A DNA stretch of 63,706 bases, counting the filler, from Lenisia limosa (taxonomy: Eukaryota; Protista; Breviatea), in assembly GCA_001655205.1 (NCBI GenBank). It is 13 parts of 13 records of this genome, joined end to end, with 100 filler letters (N's around TTAATTAATTAA, not from the genome) between each part and the next. Parts side by side here need not be neighbours in the genome. Positions count along the whole stretch, not along the records: positions 11,650 to 18,733 come from LPNZ01003854.1; positions 18,834 to 22,293 come from LPNZ01007508.1; positions 22,394 to 28,141 come from LPNZ01007531.1; 10 more parts are not named here. One strand, given 5' to 3'. The position numbers were made by a program, and so were the translations under genes. Numbering within the stretch: position 1 is the first letter of the stretch; every line of letters starts with the position of its first letter. This document shows, piece by piece, positions 12,535 to 24,904 of the stretch. The notes under the pieces were generated by a model, which saw only the letters and a list, made by a program, of their open reading frames with translations, made no database searches and was not told where the DNA came from.

Positions 12535-15500
12535 CTGGTTAAGAGTAGACTTAGCAGCATTGTCAAAAGATTGTTCCATTCCGTTTTCGGAAAGTTTTAA
12601 TTGTAATGATTGTTGAAGACATGTTTTGGAAGCTTGCTTTACAGCCAAAAATTCCTTAGCAATTTCATTACCTGCGAGATACGCCGTGGAGAGCTTGTAA
12701 AAATTAATAATTCAACTGTCTCGTTTCGATAGAGTTCACCTGATTTCATTACAATCATATCTTCTAAGCCACATGTAAATCCATGATACTGCAGATATCT
12801 GGTCATCATTCGACTGAAAGCTGTCAGTAGCCTTCCTGCAGCACTCGAACCCTGGAGCTAAAGAGTAAACGAGTTTCTCAAGTACCTCATGAATTGCATG
12901 GATAATACCACCATCTGAAGCACCAAGCTGGGACTTATCAATAACACCTGACAAAAGTTCGCCTTATGACAACAAAAGAAAGCAACCATTTAAAACACGT
13001 ACGACACCTTCTTCACAATAAGAAGAAGAGCCCCATTGTGAACAAGGAATCTAAATTACACCCCAAAAACACCTTTGTTTTCCCTTGTATTGTGGGTTGC
13101 GTTCCATTCTTGACAATAAATGAGATTAATGATGAAATAACCTTAAATTAACACAAACAAAAAAACTTGTTTTCCAGTCCATAAGGAAACAGGTTTCAAT
13201 ATTGTTGGCAATGGTAAATGAATTATCTCCGGGGGACCAATCAAATCACCAACTAATTAGAGTAAATTCAGAAACCTGCCGTCCAAAGAAGATCACAAAA
13301 TTCTTCTCTTGAGACAAACGACTCCTTTTGAGTCAAACGAACTCCAGCAACAACTAGGAAAGATAAAAGCAGTATATGTAAATAATAGGAGCTTTTATAA
13401 ATAAGTTTTTTTAAAAAAAAATCGCTGTATCGGTGTAAAAAAAGTATTGATAAATAATACCCCATGATACATATCAACCATACACAATAATACTTATATC
13501 GATATACAAAACCAGAAATGAAATATAGAAGATATTTCTTCAGTATTTTCCCGTAAAACTCCTTTTATTATGTATTAATATGTTAATATTATATTTATAT
13601 GACTTTTTTTGCTTCAAGAAATATTATATTAATATTTTGAGATTAATATGTATTAATAATATTAATTGCCTTCGGCTCTAATATATAGCTATACTATATA
13701 GTATACAACATAATACATAATATATCGATATAGCTAAAACCGCAAACATGATTAAAATCGTAAACAAAAGAGGCTTTTCTTTCAGTTTTTGACCCAATGC
13801 ACTCCTTATTTACCCCGCTTTCGCACTGTTTGCAAATTATCGCCCGAAACACTCCTGTCAGTGTTTTATTCAAAAGCATGAAGTCCATTTTTGGAGAAAA
13901 TGTGGTGGTGTAAAGATATTAAGTCAACTTATGTACGGTTTTTTTCAAGAATTTTCCTTGTTCAGTCAATATAATGCAGTCAATGGACGAAATAGACGTC
14001 TGATTAAAGTATATGCTGTGTCAGTAATACCGTTCTGGAACGGCACAAAAAGGTGAGAGTTAAATTAGCTTGATTAATTAACATCTTCTATCATATTTTC
14101 GCCCATTTTTGGGTAATTTACGCTCAATTTGTCTCGTTACCTTTACTAAAATATATGATATATCATATCATATATGCATCATAATGCTATTAGGTTGCTC
14201 AAGAGTGGTGAAACTCAAAATGCTTTTCACTGGGACGATTTTAGGCCCATAATCGGGTTTTTAATGTTGATATATTGATATGTCATGAAGGTGGTGCTTG
14301 GAGGGAGAGTTGATCCAGATACACCTGGCTGGCAGCTTGCAATTCTAAATTTCAAGCTGACCACACTCCGTTTTTTGATATTTCAAAAATCGCGTGAAAA
14401 TTGTCCTTTCACTTCCTTTCTTCTCTCTGATAAGTTGGTGTTCCTCTTCTTCCCCACATTCTTTTTCCTCTACTTCTTCACAGTCTTCAACCTCCTCCCT
14501 CTTCTTGGATGCGGTGTTCTTTGTTTTCTGAGTGACCAGTGACTTCAAACCTCTGGTGTTTTTCTTAACTAGCTTTGGCGACGGTTGTGGCAACAGTGGT
14601 CTTTGTGGTAACAGCTGCTTCTGAGCCGCACAGCCGATCTCAGGTATCACCGAGTTAATGGCTGTTCTTGTACAAAGAATTGTCCAAAAAAAAAANNNNN
14701 NNNNNNNNNNNNNNNNNNNNNNNNNNNNNNNNNNNNNNNNNNNNNNNNNNNNNNNNNNNNNNNNNNNNNNNNNNNNNNNNNNNNNNNNNNNNNNNNNNNN
14801 NNNNNNNNNNNNNNNNNNNNNNNNNNNNNNNNNNNNNNNNTTTTCCCTTTTTGAGGTTTAAACACGATATTTGAGGAATTTGATTATTTAAGTGATTACG
14901 CAAAACCAACACGTACTCATCGTCGATCTATTGGAGTATTAGCCTCATAAGCCTCGGTTGTGCACATTCCAGGCAATTTTCACCCATTTTTAGAATTGCC
15001 ATTTCAGGGCGGTTTTATACGAAAAACTAGCCGGCGGAATTATCCCGAAGGCTCATTTTAATTACTTTCCACACTTTTATTACTATTTTCCAAAATATAA
15101 AAAAAGAGCCACCTTAAGCTCCTTTCGCCAATCTGGTGCGAATTAGGATATAATCCCTCAGTCCTTAAGGTAAAGAGGAGGAAGGGAATATTCATGTTAG
15201 ACAGATCAAGTCTTATCTTAAGTCAGGTCAAGATGAAATCAATTAGACACGTTACATGCAAGGCAGATGTGCTTCCTTGCAGGAAGCAAACCAAGCGTAA
15301 GTCCAAGACCAGGGAGGATGTTTCTATCCCCCTCTTAAGTCGGAGTACCAGTTTCAAATTGGATTCTAGGGTTCTTTAGTTGGTCCTACTTCGACCAATA
15401 TCTTTTTGTTTCTTCGCCAAATAATATTTAAAAGGCTGAATTTTATGTTTTGTTATCCAGGTATATTTTTTCTCCACTGCAAATCTCCACAAAATGTGGC

Positions 15501-17637
15501 AAATGCATTAACACCAAAATAGGCGATAAACATTTTTAAAAAAACAAAATTTAAAGACGTAACAGAGAATGAGAGAAATAAAGAAGAGAAAAAAAGCAAA
15601 AAGCAAAAAGGGACCCCCCCCCCCTTTTGTTTTTTTAAAAAATTCCATGAAACAATATTCATAGAAACCGAAAAAATCGGTGGAGTTAAACCGCGAACAT
15701 GATTAAAACCGCAGAGGCTTTTCTTTCAATTTTTACCCCTCTTTCGTATTGTTTTAAATTATCGCACGAAACACTCCTTATACAGGGTTTTATTCAAAAG
15801 CATAGGCAGGGGTATCAATATACATGCAAAATCCTTTTAGGTGATGATATCAGTGGTCGAACGAAGGGAAAAAGTAGTTCATTTTATCCTGTTTCTCACA
15901 CCCTAAAAAAGTTGAAAGACAAATATCTTACCAGCCTATAGTGTAGCGCAAGATGGCTAGCTTCCCCTTCAGACTCAGGCAAAGGATACAGTTATCCGCC
16001 CATATCTTAATGGACCCTAATCATAACCAAAGCAGGTAAGAAGGGAAATACCATTCATGAGAAGACTGGGGACAGTTTTAGTCCCTATAAATATATATAT
16101 AGTATACCTCTACTTTCACGAATCAGTCTCGATTAAGGTGGGGGTGCAGGCCTTTTCTTTATTATGGAAAATAGTGTAATGAAAGTGTAGTAAGTTATTA
16201 AAAAGACCCTTCGGGATAAATCCGTAGGGTTTTTTTGTGTATGAAATAGCATCGGGTAGAAATACGTAAAAATGCCCATTTCCCGACTTCTGAGGTTCTC
16301 ACTTGACTATGCCTCGTTTGTCCCTCGGAACCTCCCTAACAACCGCGGAAATCCTGGAATGCCATATCCCCTCGGGAACCATATACCCTCGGGAAAATGA
16401 GAAAGTCATATTTTTCGTTTTGAGGTCATCCNNNNNNNNNNNNNNNNNNNNNNNNNNNNNNNNNNNNNNNNNNNNNNNNNNNNNNNNNNNNNNNNNNNNN
16501 NNNNNNNNNNNNNNNNNNNNNNNNNAACATCATTTACGGGGCAAGGGGATAAAGGGGTAGAAAGGGTGGGGGATACTATATCACGTCATCCAACTTGCTT
16601 GTTTAGACTTGGATTCCACTAAGTATACGTGAGTCGTTAATAATGGCCCCAAACTTGATGAGTCGGAAAAATTCCTGTAATTCAACCGAAATGTCGTGAA
16701 AAAGAAAATTTGTGTTGTAGTAACCTTGTTGAAAGATGAGGTTTTGTATGAATAAAAGTACTTTGTACCAATCTGAAGTCTACCTCCGTACATATTGATG
16801 GAAATCTGAACATTTAGTTTTTTTTTTTAATATTTTGAGGTAAGATTTCATAAAAATATGTAGGTATACTACTACACACAATACCCTGGTACAAAAAATA
16901 TATATGGCGCCACCATGTCTAAAATGCCCTTTGATAATGCCTATTTTCAGAACGTAACTTCTTCACTCTTCTGTTTTGCTGTTACTACAATAACTGACCT
17001 ATATTGTAAACAAAATGGGGGAAAAAAACTCTTGTTTTAAAATACCTGTGATCTCCATTTTCTGAAGATGAAGGAAAATGTTGGTCATAACGTTGAAAGC
17101 TTTGGCATCTTAAATATCTTGTCATTGTGTCCCCTTTTTTTACCATGTCATGTGCTATTTGAATTTGTATAAATCTTACACTAGCAACATGACAGTGCCA
17201 CCTGGAATTATAAAAATAATATCAGCATAGTTTCTTATTGAGTGCTTCAACACAATTGAATACTGCGTAAAACAATATTTATGGGAGAAAAGGTCTCACC
17301 ATGATCTTGAATTAGTCCACGAAGAGGTCGGCCGCTGGATGGTACCAGGTACTGTTCATCAGTAAACGCCAAAATTTTTGCTGAATATGTTATATGAAAA
17401 AGTGAACTACCTTCAGCTTGAGCCATTAAAGATTGAGGGAAATGCACATTCATCTCATCTCCATCAAAATCTGCATTATACGTGTTGCAATTAGCATAGT
17501 GCATTCGGATAACTCTATCATTCTGGAGAATATGGACACTAATAACAACGAGAGAAAAAAACCGATGTGCCATAATTGATGGCTTGTGTAAGGTTGGCTG
17601 TCTATTCACCAAAACAAAATCCCCATCTTGAATATGC
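12535..17637 (-). CDS. RPA1: DNA-directed RNA polymerase I largest subunit, internal fragment
   Basis: Spliced peptide [105 protein letters not shown]...[18 protein letters not shown]...[16 protein letters not shown]...HE/LQG...GFTCGLED. It has the NADFDGD catalytic motif and the Pol I-type MHYANC context. Eight 22-30 nt GT-AG introns plus one 3946-nt intron (17299-13354). Confidence 0.96.
13736..15805. repeat. Diverged direct repeat pair (about 120-145 bp) at 13736-13880 and 15688-15805
   Basis: Both contain AAACCGC(A/G)AACATGATTAAAA..AGAGGCTTTTCTTTCA..AAATTATCGC..GAAACACTCCT..GTTTTATTCAAAAGCAT in the same orientation. Confidence 0.8.
14345..14690 (-). other. Coding-like acidic/basic ORF fragment inside the long RPA1 intron
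   Basis: Open frame of about 110 codons ([30 protein letters not shown]...[19 protein letters not shown]) truncated upstream by an N gap. No domain recognised; may be a mobile-element remnant. Confidence 0.35.
14995..16262. repeat. Diverged inverted repeat pair (about 125 bp) at 14995-15120 and 16132-16262
   Basis: TTATCCCGAAGG..TTTTAAT.ACTT..ACACTTT.ATTAC..TATTTTCCA...CCACCTTAA in the first copy matches the reverse complement of the second. Confidence 0.7.
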
Positions 17638-19233
17638 CTTAAGAATGAATATAACCTTTACATACAGTCTAGTCTAATCATTTCAGTGATATGGTTTATG
17701 GTTAGAAGTCAAATGTTCTTGTTAGCTTCCAAACAAGTAAAAAATGAATCACCCATATAGGATTAATGGGGTAAGCCACAATATGATTAAGTTTTTAATT
17801 AGGAAAAAAAAAGAGGGGGTAACTTTTGACCAAGAAAAAGCAGAGTAACAACTTTTGAAAAATCGATTATTTGGACAAACGAGGCCCTTTCCCCCCCCCC
17901 CCCAAATCAATTTTTAGATTATTAATTAAGTACATATTGAGAGAGAAGGTGATTGAAGAGTACCTGAGGTTTGCACTTTTGGCATTTTTATTATTGTGAA
18001 AAACCTGGGGGTACGACATCTCAAAATTTCTTGATCTCCAACTTTCAAATTTTGGCGAAAAAATATTTCTCCTTGCGCAGTTAAGATGAGTAAAGTGCAT
18101 GTTTATAGTAATTAGTAACATCAGAGTTGGATAAGATGATCACTGTCCTGAGTTAGAAAATCTCCAAAGGAGGCTTCACTCCTCTCCCTCTTGCTTATTT
18201 TTGGAGTCTTTGGTTGTTTACGAACAATTAATGACGATAACTGGCTCGGGCCTCTTCCCTATTTAAACGGTATTTTTCGGACCGAAGGGAAGCCCTAGAA
18301 CACATGTACTTCAAACAACACCCCTGTATCACGAGTTTCTTTCACAGTGGGATAATGTCTCAATTTTCTCTTCAAAGGATGGGTGTTGTTTGTTTTTTGT
18401 AAGTTCACTTTTGGTCCCAACACACGAAATAAATATCTGTATTTATTGAGGATTTATCGAGAATTCAGTCTTTTTTGAACCAAAAGTGGAGATCTAGTAC
18501 ACTCTATGATATAGTATGCTATAATACATATGTATGTGCTGGTATTGTTTTTTTAAAAAATATACTGTTTAACTTCTCTCAGACTCTCTGCTCTGATTTT
18601 TCTCCAAGGTGTTCGCCTTCTTTTACACACCATTTAAAGCAAGATTGCTAATATCTTATAATATGTTGCCACCCCCACCCCTATCATTTATCTTTTTTTT
18701 GATATCACCCACCACCACTACCACCATTGAGTANNNNNNNNNNNNNNNNNNNNNNNNNNNNNNNNNNNNNNNNNNNNTTAATTAATTAANNNNNNNNNNN
18801 NNNNNNNNNNNNNNNNNNNNNNNNNNNNNNNNNTTCATAAATATGTGTTTTTTTTTTAACTAAATGTTTTTTTTTTTTCGAGAGTTGTAAAAACAGTGTT
18901 TGAAGTCCCAAAATGAATAAGTAAACCTAGTTTTGTAACAAATACACAAGTTGCAAGATGTTTTAGCCAACTTGGTGATTGCTTAGGATAAATTATATTA
19001 TACAAGAAAGACTACACACAAGAGTTGTATCATGAAACGGACAAAACCTTAACATACGTGATTCTTATTTACTGTTACAAAAGAAGTTATTTTGGAAGAA
19101 AAGAGAGCAAATGTTATGGTTCTCATACTGAGCAAAATCGTCGTTAATTCTAGTAAAGTTAAAAGATAACGTCACCGAAACTTTTTGTTCGGATATTCGT
19201 GACAGTTTTCTGGACTCTATATTATCCCCCCAG

Positions 19234-22200
19234 AAGTCCAATGCCCGTGGTGTATGGAGGGCAGCAAAGTCGGAGATGTCATCCCGCCCTCTGTTTACGT
19301 CACTGCTGTCAGGTTCGCCTTTGGGGAAGTACTGATTTCTGAGGGTGTTATATTTGGGAATATATTATTATCTGGGGGTGCAAATACATACTGAGCCCCC
19401 CCTCTTACCCCAAGGGCTTCACTTCGGTTCGAAAAAAAGGCTGAAATTCTCTATAAATCCTCCAAAACTATCGATATTTTCCCGAACCAAAGTGAAGCCT
19501 TACTTACCCTCCTCAGACTGAGCCGCACCTCGCCGTTTCCTAAGGCCAAAAGAGCCCTGGCCAACATTGTTAACCTGATGCGGGTAAGCAGAGGGGGCTA
19601 TAATTGTATTGAGGAGGGGGGATTATTGTTAGGAACTTACCATATTAGGCAGTTATTTCTCAAAAATATACCATATTAGGCAGGTATTTCTCAAAAACAT
19701 ACCATATTAGGCAGTTATTTCTCAAGAATTTAACGTATTTGAGTTATTTCTNNNNNNNNNNNNNNNNNNNNNNNNNNNNNNNNNNNNNNNNNNNNNNNNN
19801 NNNNNNNNNNNNNNNNNNNNNNNNNNNNNNNNNNNNNNNNNNNNNNNNNNNNNNNNNNNNNNNNNNNNNNNNNNNNNNNNNNNNNNNNNNNNNNNNNNNN
19901 NNNNNNNNNNNNNNNNNNNNNNNNNNNNNNNNNNNNNNNNNNNNNNNNNNNNNNNNNNNNNNNNNNNNNNNNNNNNNNNNNNNNNNNNNNNNNNNNNNNN
20001 TCCTCGACAACTATCGATATATCCTCGAAAACGATCTGACTTTTTCGAACTGAAGTGAAGCCCTAGGGGTTACGGATATTTTCAGATACATTCGAGGATT
20101 TCACACATTCAATCAATCCAGACCTTCAATCGACATACAATACTCAATCCGTACATTACATACATGTAATTCACGGATCTGATAATCGATCCACTTATTC
20201 ATTATTCAATCAATCCAGACATTTTAATTCCACATTCAATAGTCAATTCACGCTTTCAGCCCTCTCCTCCAGACCATGGCACTTCTCCCGGAGTATTGTC
20301 AACAGTTCATTGAAACAGAAAAATCAATCTTCACTGACACGTTTCCTATTTGCCGTGAGTCTGAATCCTCAGATTGAGTATCTATAAATCCTCAGATTGA
20401 ATTTCTCTCTAAATCCTCTAATTTATTGATATACTATTACCAATCTTGACTGGGTTACCGTTAGCGGGAAACCACTTTCACAGCTTTTGACCAGATAATC
20501 ATTTCTATACACTAACACGTATTAAATCACTTTTCCTTGATCAATTACACCCGACAGATATTGATAAATATTTCCTCCGAAAATGAAACCACCAAAATTC
20601 CCCTTTTTTTTTATTATTTTTATTTTATTTGCACTGGAGTTAATACTTTCTATTATCATCTAGAAAGTAGTAACTCTAGGCTCAGTGATGTGATGATGTG
20701 CTATAAAAGCAAGTGGTCTGGGCTTCGTGTGTTATCAGCAAACAGGGTTGATTTTGGGCTTCTTTTTTTTTGTTTTGTTAAATAAATTTTCCAATTTCAC
20801 CCCCCCCCCNNNNNNNNNNNNNNNNNNNNNNNNNNNNNNNNNNNNNNNNNNNNNNNNNNNNNNNNNNNNNNNNNNNNNNNNNNNNNNNNNNNNNNNNNNN
20901 NNNNNNNNNNNTACTGTACGCCTGAAGTAGCTCTACATGAGGCACATTATCTGTTCCAAAACGGTGATAGCAGCCTTGTTGGCAACTTAGAGTGGGCGAG
21001 TGGGTCTTGCATTAGTTACATGGGAGGGTCGACAATTGGACTTCATTAAAATATTCTTTGCAGTCTCAAAAAAACCGAATTTCTCTATAAATATCTATAT
21101 TTTCACGGGTATCTTCGGACCGTATTCAAGTGAGATTAACATGGGATTTGGTTGTAGTTCCAGAGCGGCGATAAAGGTCTTGTTGGCAACTTAGAGTGGG
21201 TCTTGCATTAGTTACATTTGTACTGGTATTCTGTAATTTTGAAATGATAATCCTCAACATCATTTACAATCTTAGAAAACCCCCCGCAATTTACGAACTT
21301 AGAATCGCTCCCGCCGCGATCCAGAACCTAATTCCTATCATCGCCATTCTTGCTCATCAGCCCTGGAAGCTCACACCCCAACATCTGGAGGTGGGAGGGG
21401 TGTTTACCTATGGTCCCAAAATAGACTGAGTTTCTCGATAAATCCTCGAAAATAATTGATATTGTGATGGTCTTTTTCGGACCGTAGGGAAGCCCTAATT
21501 GGGGGGTATGGGGGATTGGTGTGAAAATAATGATATAAGAGTGGGGGTTTGCGAGGTAAATATAGTATATCCTGCTTCGGCCAGATACAAACTTATTTTT
21601 TTTACTTTCTCATTGCTATATATTATAATACCCCCCAGGCCGCCCTCAACAAACCATGGTCAATCCGACAGCTCATTTCTCTTTTGGTAGTTGCTATATG
21701 GAGCATTACTCGCGCATGTGCGTCGTCCGCGCTCAACGCCCCGTTCGATTGTGGTGGGCAGGGGGGGGGGGGGGNNNNNNNNNNNNNNNNNNNNNNNNNN
21801 NNNNNNNNNNNNNNNNNNNNNNNNNNNNNNNNNNNNNNNNNNNNNNNNNNNNNNNNNNNNNNNNNNNNNNNNNNNNNNNNNNNNNNNNNNNNNNNNNNNN
21901 NNNNNNNNNNNNNNNNNNNNNNNNNNNNNNNNNNNNNNNNNNNNNNNNNNNNNNNNNNNNNNNNNNNNNNNNNNNNNNNNNNNNNNNNNNNNNNNNNNNN
22001 NNNNNNNNNNNNNNNNNNNNNNNNNNNNNNNNNNNNNNNNNNNNNNNNNNNNNNNNNNNNNNNNNNNNNNNNNNNAGCTGACAAAGACGACTCGGATGAA
22101 AGGGCCGAAAATAGTGGGGCTCTACTATTATCTTTCTAGCTCTATGATATACCTAAGGCTTCACTTTGGTTCGAAAAGAGACTGAATTCCCATAATTATA

Positions 22201-22250
22201 TTTTTAACCCCCATAGCCACGGCTCGGAAGCCAATGTCAAGCCTGGCGGA
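19234..22250 (+). CDS. Hypothetical multi-exon protein, partial
   Basis: Exons EVQCPWCMEGSKVGDVIPPSVYVTAV/RLSRTSPFPKAKRALANIVNLMR, PLLQTMALLPEYCQQFIETEK, YCTPEVALHEAHYLFQN, PWKLTPQHLE, CYMEHYSRMCVVRAQRP, with GT-AG ends and MITE-filled introns. Confidence 0.55.
19637..19751. repeat. Tandem repeat, about 35-bp unit (ACCATATTAGGCAGTTATTTCTCAAAAA)
   Basis: Three copies are visible before a 269-nt N gap. Confidence 0.85.
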
Positions 22251-22393
22251 CCTACTCAGGGGTCATGCAGAGGATTTCATCATTACTGGTGGGNNNNNNN
22301 NNNNNNNNNNNNNNNNNNNNNNNNNNNNNNNNNNNNNTTAATTAATTAANNNNNNNNNNNNNNNNNNNNNNNNNNNNNNNNNNNNNNNNNNNN

Positions 22394-24792
22394 AGCCGCA
22401 GCCCCTTCGGATACATCCCCCTCCATGACAACACCTTCAAACTTCACCTTCGAGGGCATCATACCCCCCACGTTCAGCTTCAGTAACAGTGTCTTTGCAC
22501 AGCATAAGGTGGGGGCTACAAAATATGTGATTTTGAGAATTTCTTATAAGGTGGGTTATTGGTGTCTTTGCACAGCAGAAGGTGGGGGCTGATATCATTA
22601 GGGCTTCCCTACGTTCCCAAAATAGACGAATTTCTCGATAAATTCTGGATAAATATCGATATTTTGACGCTCTTTTTCGGACCGCAAGAAAGCCCAAGAT
22701 ATATATATATAAATCATGGGATATGATTAGGACTTCACTTCAGTTGACAAAGGACTGAATTTCTCGATAAATCCTCGAAAACAATCGATATTTAAGCTGT
22801 CTTTTTCGAACCGAAGTGGAGCCCTAGATATGACATAGAATCAAGTTGGTGATCAATACGATCCAAAAAGGATAATGCGGGGGGGGGGGCTGATTATTTT
22901 CATGTTTAGTANNNNNNNNNNNNNNNNNNNNNNNNNNNNNNNNNNNNNNNNNNNNNNNNNNNNNNNNNNNTATACTATTACATGTATATATTTTTAATAA
23001 AATTCTTTGTTGTTGTTTTATTCACTATTTAGGAGGTAGAGAAAGCCGAAACCGAAGAACCAAAAAAGGAAACCATTGGACAGGTTGGCTTTGAGAAGTG
23101 GCTTGTTTTGTTGTCTTATTCATAGGGCTTCACTTCAGTTTGAAAAAAGACTGAATTTCTCGATAAATCCTCGAAGACCATCTATATTTTTCTGGTCTTT
23201 TTTTTGAACCGAAGTGAAGCCCTACTTATCCATCTCTGTTAACACGTTGAGTTGACGGCTTCCACGAGATAATACCTCTTCATCGAAATTTCCTTCATTT
23301 TNNNNNNNNNNNNNNNNNNNNNNNNNNNNNNNNNNNNNNNNNNNNNNNNNNNNNNNNNNNNNNNNNNNNNNNNNNNNNNNNNNNNNNNNNNNNNCTCCAT
23401 ATTATTTCATATTTCGACATCAACTAGTAAAATATCAATATCATATAGCAAAATGCTATATATCTTATACAGATGATGGAGTTAATGGCTTCAGCCAGAT
23501 AGAAACATCTGAGAAAGAGGTGGTATGAAATATTTAGAGAAAATGAAAAGTGAGTGTACATAAATTACATACCGATAAATCATGTACTAAAGTGGTGTCT
23601 TTGTTCCCACTTGGGCCATTATTTGCCGGTAAATAATTTGGTGTTGTGTATGCGCCCACTCCATATTATAATGGTGGTACTATATATTAATGCGAATTAT
23701 TGTGACAGAGCGAGTGGTATATCAACTATTTAGATGAGGAAGAGGCACCACATGGAGCTGAAGCGATTCAAGAAGGAAATCAAAGATTTGCAAGACGAAA
23801 GGTTGGGCGGTATGAGAAAATCTCTGAGTAAGGGCTTCACTCCTGTACGACAAAGATTGGTATTAGGGCTTCCCTACAGTCCCAAAAAAGACTGAATTTC
23901 TCGATAAATCCTCGATAAATATCGATATTTAACGGTCTTTTTCGGACCTTAAGGAAGCCTTAATAAATAGTCATTCAGTCATTGTCTGGATCGCGGTGAA
24001 GTTCTACTCTGAATGACAAGATACATCATATGTACAGTGACGGGGTATGTGATTTCCCAAGCAAAATCGGTCAATACTTACCCTGGTCAGTGTATCTGAT
24101 ATGTCGTTATCGAATTATTCAGTCATTTTCTCTATCTGGGTGAAGTCCTACTCTGAAACCCCCACCTCCCCCACCCTACTCCCACCTCCTCCCTCCTGAG
24201 GGGCAAAGAGGGGGGGGNNNNNNNNNNNNNNNNNNNNNNNNNNNNNNNNNNNNNNNNNNNNNNNNNNNNNNNNNNNNNNNNNNNNNNNNNNNNNNNNNNN
24301 NNNNNNNNNNNNNNNNTAAATCATTGCAATGATATGATACCTCATTCACTCGTTTTATTATTGACAAACTGATACTCTGATAAACTCGACATTAACTCAA
24401 AAGCTCCTCTGTATATAATTAAATATCATATCAACATAGTAATGAAAGATGAATTATACTTACCAATTTTGTTACTTTCAACCCTCATGTTTGAAATTAT
24501 TAAGCTAACAAATTGGATTTTCGAATTGTTTTATTTTTGTTACGTGTTGTTCATTCTCCCCNNNNNNNNNNNNNNNNNNNNNNNNNNNNNNNNNNNNNNN
24601 NNNNNNNNNNNNNNNNNNNNNNNNNNNNNNNNNNNNNNNNNNNNNNNNNNNNNNNNNNNNNNNNNNNNNNNNNNNNNNNNNNNNNNNNNNNNNNNNTTCA
24701 GCAGGAAAATCGTTCAGAAGAAGGAGGACTTTGAGGAGAGACAGGCGGCTGAGCTCCTGACTCTCAAGGATGCTAATGATGATGAAGAGTGA
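22394..24792 (+). CDS. Hypothetical protein with charged/coiled-coil C-terminal region, partial
   Basis: Exons ...FTFEGIIPPTFSFSNSVFAQHK, EVEKAETEEPKKETIGQ, MRKRHHMELKRFKKEIKDLQDER, SRKIVQKKEDFEERQAAELLTLKDANDDEE. Confidence 0.55.
23123..23224. mobile_element. MITE family B1 (about 100 bp, TIR GGGCTTCACTTCGGT, TA flanks), representative copy
   Basis: TA-GGGCTTCACTTC...GAAGTGAAGCCC-TA. Other full or partial copies at about 858, 1432, 3971-4075, 18440, 19412-19502, 20000-20067, 22154, 22728-22827, 53783-53862, 53910-54007 and 56372-56457. Confidence 0.9.
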
Positions 24793-24904
24793 TATATAAC
24801 ATGGTTAATAATGGTGCAAATGATGGTGAGGATTGAAGTATATGGTTAATAATGATAGACATGCAGGGATTGGTGATTATTGATTGATCATCGATATTGG
24901 TAGA

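Noticed and set aside
21549-22185. Long ORFs in the track containing X runs
   Set aside because: They stay open only because they cross N gaps; the same applies to most X-containing ORFs.
22598-23962. Clustered palindromic repeats as a CRISPR-like array
   Set aside because: The repeats are about 100 bp, irregularly spaced, intronic and TA-flanked, in a eukaryotic context with no cas genes. They are MITEs.
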